A stretch of 64,000 bases of DNA from a virus. Within the stretch, counting starts at the first letter, position 1; each line of letters begins with the position of its first letter. Under the pieces are notes generated by a model, which was given only the letters and a program-made list of their open reading frames with translations, was not told the origin of the DNA and searched no databases. The stretch lies in IMG/VR virus record IMGVR_UViG_3300027754_000075, positions 1-64,000 of that record. One strand, 5' to 3'. Positions 57,943 through 64,000 of the stretch are shown here, one piece after another. Both the position numbers and the translations under genes were made by a program.

Positions 57943-58596
57943 ATGGGTGCAAGAAGTACTAGAAATACAACACAAAATAATCGCAGTGACGGACACTTAT
58001 TAGAGTACTTCCGTAATACTTTTCTTCGTGGTGGTGGTGGTACTAATGCTTCTGTTACCGCAAGCTATGTGATTGTGGGCGGCGGCGGTGGCGCTGTAAT
58101 TAGTGGCGCTGATGGCTTGGGCGGTGATGTAATAAATGGAGATACACCAATTCCAAATGGGTCCTATTCAATAACTATTGGATCCGGTGGCAGCAGAGGC
58201 GGAGGGCTTGGAAGTTCATCTTCTTTTATGAGTTTTATCGCTGCGGGCAGCACCAGAACCACAACGGTAACAGTTAACGGGGAAACATTCTCAGGCAAAG
58301 ACGCAGGCTCGCCAAATTCAGCAATAAAAGGATCAGGCGCTTTAGCTTCTTCTATCTATTTTGTAGCAGCTTCTTGCAGCAATGGCGAATCTAGCGAAAG
58401 AAGATGTGATGTTTCAGGAGGGACTTGGGATCCAGGTGGATATAGAAACGGGGATGGAAACAATGGAGTTGTTATACTGACAATACCAACAATTTACAAC
58501 TCAAGAATTGTTGCATCGGGCGCAGTTGTAACAACAAGCGGCAGTAATACAATATATAGATTTAATTCCTCCGGTTCTTTGGTGACATCATCATGA
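57943..58596 (+). CDS. glycine-rich domain protein
   Basis: YVIVGGGGG...YSITIGSGG...GNNGVVIL...TIYRFNSSGS. Confidence 0.7.
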   Translation: MGARSTRNTTQNNRSDGHLLEYFRNTFLRGGGGTNASVTASYVIVGGGGGAVISGADGLGGDVINGDTPIPNGSYSITIGSGGSRGGGLGSSSSFMSFIAAGSTRTTTVTVNGETFSGKDAGSPNSAIKGSGALASSIYFVAASCSNGESSERRCDVSGGTWDPGGYRNGDGNNGVVILTIPTIYNSRIVASGAVVTTSGSNTIYRFNSSGSLVTSS

Positions 58597-58919
58597 AACT
58601 CTACAAAATGGCCCAAATTGATCCAACAACTAATAAAATTTTGCACATCTCAATATGGGATGATCCAAGCAAAGCGCCTGATTTGGTTGAGCTTCCAGAT
58701 CTGGCAATTGTCGGAATTACACTAGAAGAGCTAACCCAGAGAATAGAATCTGAAAAAGCAAAAATTCAGGAGATAGACAGATTAAGAGAAGAACGGGCAG
58801 AAAAGGATTACTTAATGCGGAGGGAAGCACCAGTACCTTATCCAACTGATGGAGAAAGATATACTTGGAACGAAGAAACTATAAGTTGGGATTTAGTAAG
58901 TACTGTTGTAACTAACTAA
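58593..58919 (+). CDS. tail-fibre-associated small protein
   Basis: C-terminal APVPYPTDGERYTWNEETISW; ATGA-coupled to the glycine-rich gene. Confidence 0.65.
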   Translation: MKLYKMAQIDPTTNKILHISIWDDPSKAPDLVELPDLAIVGITLEELTQRIESEKAKIQEIDRLREERAEKDYLMRREAPVPYPTDGERYTWNEETISWDLVSTVVTN

Positions 58920-58947
58920 CTAACATAAATAACTAAAAAGAAATAAG

Positions 58948-59829
58948 ATGTCGGTCACAAGAGTACAACTAGTTGGAAATGTAAGTACTGGTGCAAGTTT
59001 TGCAGGTATTGTGACTGCAACATCTTTTAGTGGTAATGTAACTGGTACTGCAAGTACTGCTTCTTTTGCAACGACTTCTTTTGGTCTTTCTGGAAGTCCT
59101 AATATTACTGTAGGAACTGTTACTGGTAATCTTACTGGTAATGCAACTGGATTATCTGGTACTCCTAATATTACTGTTGGAAATATTGTAGGTGCAGCAC
59201 TTACACTTTCTGGTAATCTAACTGTTAATGGTACTCAAACCATTATCAACACTACAAACCTTGAAATCACAGACTCTTTGATTGGTATTGGTTCTGGTAA
59301 TACCACAGATGCTCAAGCAGATGGTGATGGTATCCAGATTTATGGTGCAACTAATAAGACATTAACATTTAATAATACTAAGAAAGCATTTGAGACTAAT
59401 GTTGCTTGGGCTACAACTGATACAAGGTTTATAAGTGTTGCAGAAAAACTTGTAAGAGTAGATGGAAATACTGTTTCATTAGTATACAATACAACTGGTG
59501 CTAACATTGGATTTGCAACTAATCCATCAGGTAACATTACTTTAGCAGTTACTGGTATTCCAACATCAAGTGATTTTGATAATCACGTCATTACTTTTAG
59601 TGTATTTGTAAATCAAACTGGTACTGCAAGGTCTTGTACTGCAGTAACACTAAATGGAGTCACACCAACGATTAAATTTGCAGGTGGTTCTTTGAGTGCT
59701 GCTATTTCTGGTGTAACCACAACATCTGGTTTTGACATTTATAGTTTTACTGGAATCAATACAGTAGGAAGTGCAAGTACAACTGCTAACTATGCAGTTC
59801 TTGGTGTTGTGAATGGAGGATTTAGATGA
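58948..59829 (+). CDS. short tail fibre with conserved C-terminal domain
   Basis: Central part near-identical to the 38131 protein; ends FTGINTVGSASTTANYAVLG. Confidence 0.75.
   Translation: MSVTRVQLVGNVSTGASFAGIVTATSFSGNVTGTASTASFATTSFGLSGSPNITVGTVTGNLTGNATGLSGTPNITVGNIVGAALTLSGNLTVNGTQTIINTTNLEITDSLIGIGSGNTTDAQADGDGIQIYGATNKTLTFNNTKKAFETNVAWATTDTRFISVAEKLVRVDGNTVSLVYNTTGANIGFATNPSGNITLAVTGIPTSSDFDNHVITFSVFVNQTGTARSCTAVTLNGVTPTIKFAGGSLSAAISGVTTTSGFDIYSFTGINTVGSASTTANYAVLGVVNGGFR
59131..59411 (+). repeat. about 280-bp dispersed repeat shared with 38224-38504
   Basis: Near-identical DNA encoding LTGNATGLSGTPNITVG...KAFETNVAWA, mostly synonymous differences. Confidence 0.8.
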
Positions 59830-60755
59830 GTCCTATTATATCAAGAACTGGTTTTAGTCTTGGATTTGGAAGACGTAGAGGTGGTGGTGCGATACAGAGC
59901 ATAAAACCATTGAATATTTCTCCATCAGTATCTGGGAAAAGTATTTGGGATTTGGGAGTTGATGGAAAACTAACGTTAAATACAGGTACAGATTACACAG
60001 TAACAGTTGATAGTCCTATTACTGTTGATTTTAAAATCTGGGGAGCAGGTGGCGGTGGTGGTTCTTCAGGTGGTGGTGGCGGAGGTGGCTCTGCTACAGG
60101 CACGATGAATCTTTTGAACGGAACCTCATATATTATAAGTATTGGTTCTGGCGGATACAAAACTACTGATTATGTTGCCACAAGTTCTCAAGGAGGAGGT
60201 GGTGGAGTTGGCCCAGGATCCTACCCTGCTGGAACTGGTGGTGGATATAGTGGAATATTTAGAACTAGTAAAACTCAAGGAAATGCTGTAGTTATTGCCG
60301 GAGGTGGTGGTGGTGGGGGATACAATGGCGCAGGTGGTGCTGGAGGTTACCCATCCGGATCTAATGGTGGTGGTCCATCTGGAGGAGGTGGAGGCACTCC
60401 CACTGCTGGGGGTGCTGGGGGTGCTGGGGGTGGTGGCACTGGTCAAAGTGGATCTGCTTTAACTGGTGGATATTCTGTATCGGGTTCATTAGGTGCTCCT
60501 GGTGGAGGAGGTGGCGGTGGATATTATGGTGGCGGTGGCGGTGGATCATCCCAAGCTGATACTGGAGGAGGTGGAGGAGGTGGATCAAACTACCAAAATC
60601 CAACATACCTCACATCAGTCACTCAATATTCTGGTAGTGGTACCACTGCAGGAAATTCTTCAGATCCTGACAGAGGAAGTTCTGGTAGTGGTCAACCTTT
60701 TCCAGGTTCTTCTGGATCCCCATATGCTGTACCAGGATCTATTGTTTTATCTTAA
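59826..60755 (+). CDS. glycine-rich (polyglycine) adhesin-like protein with MSPII leader
   Basis: KIWGAGGGG, IAGGGGGGG, GGGGYYGGGGG repeats; ATGA-coupled to the upstream fibre. Confidence 0.75.
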   Translation: MSPIISRTGFSLGFGRRRGGGAIQSIKPLNISPSVSGKSIWDLGVDGKLTLNTGTDYTVTVDSPITVDFKIWGAGGGGGSSGGGGGGGSATGTMNLLNGTSYIISIGSGGYKTTDYVATSSQGGGGGVGPGSYPAGTGGGYSGIFRTSKTQGNAVVIAGGGGGGGYNGAGGAGGYPSGSNGGGPSGGGGGTPTAGGAGGAGGGGTGQSGSALTGGYSVSGSLGAPGGGGGGGYYGGGGGGSSQADTGGGGGGGSNYQNPTYLTSVTQYSGSGTTAGNSSDPDRGSSGSGQPFPGSSGSPYAVPGSIVLS

Positions 60756-60842
60756 CTCGTTTACTAATCACCATAAGAACTCTCAAATAATGAAATGATT
60801 ACTCATCATTCATAAGAACATAAATAACTAAAAAGTAATAAT

Positions 60843-62291
60843 ATGGCTCTCAACTTTCCTAATAGTCCTACACTTAATCAAGTTTACACTGATACCACAT
60901 CTGGGTTCTCATATCAGTGGAATGGAACTGTATGGATAAGTTTTAGTGCAGCATCATCAAACCAAATCAAAGTACTTGACGATATTTCTGGTTCTTTCAC
61001 AGGAATCGCATTTACCTTTGCACTTACCTCAAGTAGCGCATCAATCTCACCACCGAATGCACAATCACTGATTATCAACCTTGGTGGTGTAATCCAAGAC
61101 CCATCTGATGATTATATTGTTTCTGGAAGTAATATTATATTCTCCACTGCTCCTAATAATGGATTAAGTTTCTCTGGAGTTTCATTAGGACCTGCAATCC
61201 CAGTCACTACAATACCATCTGGTACTGTGACTGGTGGTTCATTTACAGTTGCTGGTATTCTTTCCACAACAAACCTTTTTGTTTCTGGTATTTCTACCTT
61301 TGTTGGTCTTGCGACTCATACTGGAACAATCTTTGGAAGTAACTTATCACTAACTGGTGTTGCGACTGCAACCGAGTTTGATATCTCTGGATCATCAAAT
61401 ACACTTACTGCTGGTGGTCTTAGTGTTGGTGTTGCGACTGCAACCGAGTTTGATATCTCTGGATCATCAAATACACTTACTGCTGGTGGTCTTAGTGTTG
61501 GTGTTGCAACTGCCACTACATTTGTTGGAGCACTCACTGGTAATGCAACTGGTCTTTCTGGTACTCCTAATATTACTGTTGGAAATATAACTGGTTCTGC
61601 AGCAACTTTTACAAACTTAACTGTTAATGGTACTCAAACCATTATCAATACTACTTCATTAGAAATCACAGATAAGAATATTGGTATTGGTAGTACAAGT
61701 TCTCCAACTGATGCACTTGCTGATGGTGCTGGTATTACGATTTATGGAACAACAAATAAAACAATCACCTGGGAAAGAGATACTGGATGCTTTGAGTATA
61801 ATCAACCAAGTAAGTTTAAGGGTGTTATTGAGACTGTATCCACTGCATCAACTTATGACCTAGGTGGTGGTAGAGTTGTTCTTGAGTTAGATGTAAGAAA
61901 TGCAACGACTTATACTCATAGTCTAACGAATGGTACAGTAGGTATTGTGTCCTTTAAGAATATGCCTGCGGATACTGGTGTTTCTAATGGTACAACAATC
62001 ACTGTCCTGTTTACTCAAAACTCTGCTGGTACTGCAAATACAACAGTAGCAACTGGTATTGGTACTAACTGTTTTATTGTTGGATTTGAGGATGGAGCAA
62101 CAGTCGCAGGTATTTCAACCAGAGCACTTGTAGGTAGTGCAACGACTGTAACACTCTCAACAACTGGTAGTGATAGAGACTTTGTATCATTCTTTGTGCA
62201 TTATACTGGTGGTACGAATACTACTGCATCAAGTTATCAGGTTTATGCCACCAAGAACGGTGGATTCCGTCAAGGAACCGTAGGAGTTTGA
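60843..62291 (+). CDS. tail fibre protein
   Basis: MALNFPNSP...YQWNGTVW, LDDIS..F.G, LGGVIQDP, LTVNGTQTIINTT; ATAAATA at 60820. Confidence 0.75.
   Translation: MALNFPNSPTLNQVYTDTTSGFSYQWNGTVWISFSAASSNQIKVLDDISGSFTGIAFTFALTSSSASISPPNAQSLIINLGGVIQDPSDDYIVSGSNIIFSTAPNNGLSFSGVSLGPAIPVTTIPSGTVTGGSFTVAGILSTTNLFVSGISTFVGLATHTGTIFGSNLSLTGVATATEFDISGSSNTLTAGGLSVGVATATEFDISGSSNTLTAGGLSVGVATATTFVGALTGNATGLSGTPNITVGNITGSAATFTNLTVNGTQTIINTTSLEITDKNIGIGSTSSPTDALADGAGITIYGTTNKTITWERDTGCFEYNQPSKFKGVIETVSTASTYDLGGGRVVLELDVRNATTYTHSLTNGTVGIVSFKNMPADTGVSNGTTITVLFTQNSAGTANTTVATGIGTNCFIVGFEDGATVAGISTRALVGSATTVTLSTTGSDRDFVSFFVHYTGGTNTTASSYQVYATKNGGFRQGTVGV
61355..61507 (+). repeat. perfect in-frame 72-bp tandem duplication
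   Basis: GVATATEFDISGSSNTLTAGGLSV encoded twice with identical DNA. Confidence 0.9.
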
Positions 62292-62295
62292 TACT

Positions 62296-63294
62296 ATGGC
62301 ACCTCTTTTTACTGGAAGTAAGTTTGCGTTTGGTTTAAGTCCTCTTGTTGCTGCTGCTGTTGAACCTGTTGTTGCAGGAGTTTATTTGGATTATGGTTGG
62401 TATGGAGGAGCAGAGGGAAGTACAGCCGTAGATAGAATAGATTGGGCAAATGACACAGTTACTGCGTCTGCCAGAGGATCTAATCGTGCATCAAGCAGCA
62501 GAGGTGGAGGTTTGTCAAATCTTACACATGGTTGGTTTTCTGGTGGTTATATAGAAGCACTCGGTGGTGGCATGAGCACGGTTGATAGAATAACCTATGC
62601 AAGTGACCTGTCAGGAGGAAGTGCAAGAGCAAACTGCCCACAATCATCAAATGGGCGTCCAGGTGGATTTAGCAATACCACATATGGATATTGGGGTCCA
62701 GGAATGAGTAGCAACGGTGGTGCCGCAAGTAGTGAGATTACCAGAGTTGATTTTGCTAATGATTTAACTGCTCCCGCAAACAGAACTAATACTGCATCTC
62801 CGTATATAGCACATACTGGAGGTGCTTCTGATTTCTCAACCTATGGATGGTTGTTAGGCGGTGGGTTCGGTGGCGCAGGGGGGGTAACTGGTCCAACCTG
62901 GTCATCAGTTTATAGATTGACCTATGCAAGTGACACTTCTGCATTATCTACAAGAGGAAATTTGGCAAATATGTCAACTGGATTTGCATGTGGAAATCAA
63001 ACACATTGTTGGATTGGTGGATCTAATGATAGTCTTGTAAGTTCAATAACTAGAGTAACATTTTCAAATGATTTAGCAACATCAACCAATAGAGGAAATT
63101 TGGTAAGAGCAATGCGCCGCAGTGGATCTGGAAGCAATACTTATATTTGGTGGGCCGGTGGTTATGTGAGTGGTACTTCTTATAGTGACGTTGAAAGAAT
63201 GGAATATGTAAATGATTTATCAACACTCTCTCCAAGAGGTCCCATGTCTCTTTCTCGTACATGCTTGGCAACAAATCATATGACTTTGGGATAA
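62296..63294 (+). CDS. Kelch-like beta-propeller repeat protein with MAPL leader
   Basis: Six roughly 50-aa repeats resembling YGW..GG....S.V.RI.(Y/F)ASD....RG. Confidence 0.7.
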   Translation: MAPLFTGSKFAFGLSPLVAAAVEPVVAGVYLDYGWYGGAEGSTAVDRIDWANDTVTASARGSNRASSSRGGGLSNLTHGWFSGGYIEALGGGMSTVDRITYASDLSGGSARANCPQSSNGRPGGFSNTTYGYWGPGMSSNGGAASSEITRVDFANDLTAPANRTNTASPYIAHTGGASDFSTYGWLLGGGFGGAGGVTGPTWSSVYRLTYASDTSALSTRGNLANMSTGFACGNQTHCWIGGSNDSLVSSITRVTFSNDLATSTNRGNLVRAMRRSGSGSNTYIWWAGGYVSGTSYSDVERMEYVNDLSTLSPRGPMSLSRTCLATNHMTLG

Positions 63295-63295
63295 T

Positions 63296-63874
63296 ATGAT
63301 TGAGATTTTTGATGATTTGTTTTGTGAAGAAGATTTAAATAAAATTGAAAATAATTTTACCTCAAATCATTTTCCTTGGTATCTTTCTGGAAATTTTACA
63401 GTTAATGATTTTCATTATCAAAATTTAAAAAATAAAACAACAAAAGAATATCTTCAATTTTGTCATGTGTTTTATGATGAGGATATTCATAACAAAGATT
63501 GTCAATATGAAAAATCTCCATATTTTTTTCCAATACAAACAATATTAAATAAATACCCAATAAAAAATTTAAAGAGAATTAAGGCAAATTTTCAACCAAG
63601 GTGTGAATCTTTTAAATCATATGAACACAATACTCCACACATCGATTGTTTAACTTTTCACGATGTTATTTTATATTATGTAAATGAAAGTGATGGCGAC
63701 ACTTTTATTTTTGATAAAGAAATGAATATTTTAAAAAGAATAGAGCATAAGAGAGGAAGATTAGTTAGATTTAATGGGGCATATTTTCATGCAGGGTCTC
63801 ATCCATCAAAGAATAACAGTAGGATTACAATAAATTTCAATACACTAACTTCATACAAACAATTTTTATTATAA
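63296..63874 (+). CDS. 2OG-Fe(II) oxygenase-like protein
   Basis: FPWY, RIKAN, PHID, LYYVNESDGDT, RFNGAYFHAG, RITINFN. Confidence 0.8.
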   Translation: MIEIFDDLFCEEDLNKIENNFTSNHFPWYLSGNFTVNDFHYQNLKNKTTKEYLQFCHVFYDEDIHNKDCQYEKSPYFFPIQTILNKYPIKNLKRIKANFQPRCESFKSYEHNTPHIDCLTFHDVILYYVNESDGDTFIFDKEMNILKRIEHKRGRLVRFNGAYFHAGSHPSKNNSRITINFNTLTSYKQFLL

Positions 63875-63877
63875 ATA
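63870..63877 (+). promoter_or_regulatory. T4 late promoter TATAAATA
   Basis: Perfect consensus upstream of ORF 63929. Confidence 0.6.
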
Positions 63878-63928
63878 AACCAAGTAAAAGTAAGTTTTTC
63901 TTAAAAATATTGCTTAATAAATTTAAAA

Positions 63929-64000
63929 ATGTCTGTTTTGATTGCTCTTCCTTGTTATGGGGGATTGGTGAGTGAAAAAACCACCTCATCATTATTTAAA
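63929..64000 (+). CDS. 5' end of an ORF, possibly glycosyltransferase-like (truncated by window edge)
   Basis: MSVLIALPCYGGLVSEKTTSSLFK resembles the first strand of GT-A fold proteins; only 24 codons are visible. Confidence 0.4.
   Translation, partial: MSVLIALPCYGGLVSEKTTSSLFK

Noticed and set aside
60772-60819. 9-bp direct repeat CATAAGAAC flanking 30 nt, as a target-site duplication
   Set aside because: Too short and AT-rich to separate from chance, and no associated element.
35777-61507. Short tandem repeats as CRISPR arrays
   Set aside because: Units are multiples of 3, in frame within fibre genes, and have no unique spacers.
37071-63294. Invertase-driven tail fibre shufflon
   Set aside because: All cassettes are in direct orientation; no inverted crossover sites or recombinase gene were recognised.
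1-64000. Stop-codon reassignment, introns or inteins
   Set aside because: Core genes are full length and end at TAA, TAG or TGA; thyX, phoH and gp32 show no interruptions.

Overview
This window is 64 kb of a T4-like myovirus genome. The gene set and order (speD, thyX, phoH, exonuclease, gp33, gp59, gp32, gp53, gp48, gp2, gp4, gp54, gp26, gp51, tape-measure-like proteins, gp5) fit a cyanophage-type T4-like phage. Positions 1-6.6 kb carry replication, late-transcription and auxiliary metabolic genes; 6.6-27 kb is the baseplate/hub module; 27.5-64 kb is a large tail-fibre and adhesin region. That region is interrupted by an AT-rich island of 2OG-Fe(II) oxygenase, methyltransferase and sulfotransferase genes. 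Main observations: (1) a repeated two-gene cassette in which a fibre ending in a conserved C-terminal domain is followed by a gene with a conserved M(A/S)P(L/I) leader fused to interchangeable heads (polyglycine, LamG, propeller-like), plus an identical 116-bp junction duplication and decayed cassette remnants; (2) a T_TTT_TTC slippery site that would fuse gp26 to the unlisted gp51 ORF by -1 frameshift just upstream of the tape-measure-like genes; (3) the modifying-enzyme island next to Gly/Pro-rich adhesins; (4) a PlcP/LpxH-like phosphoesterase; (5) unusual muralytic domains; (6) several structured leaders and mini-ORFs. All calls come from reading motifs by eye; no database search was run. 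No tRNA, rRNA, CRISPR array, reverse transcriptase or recombinase was recognised.
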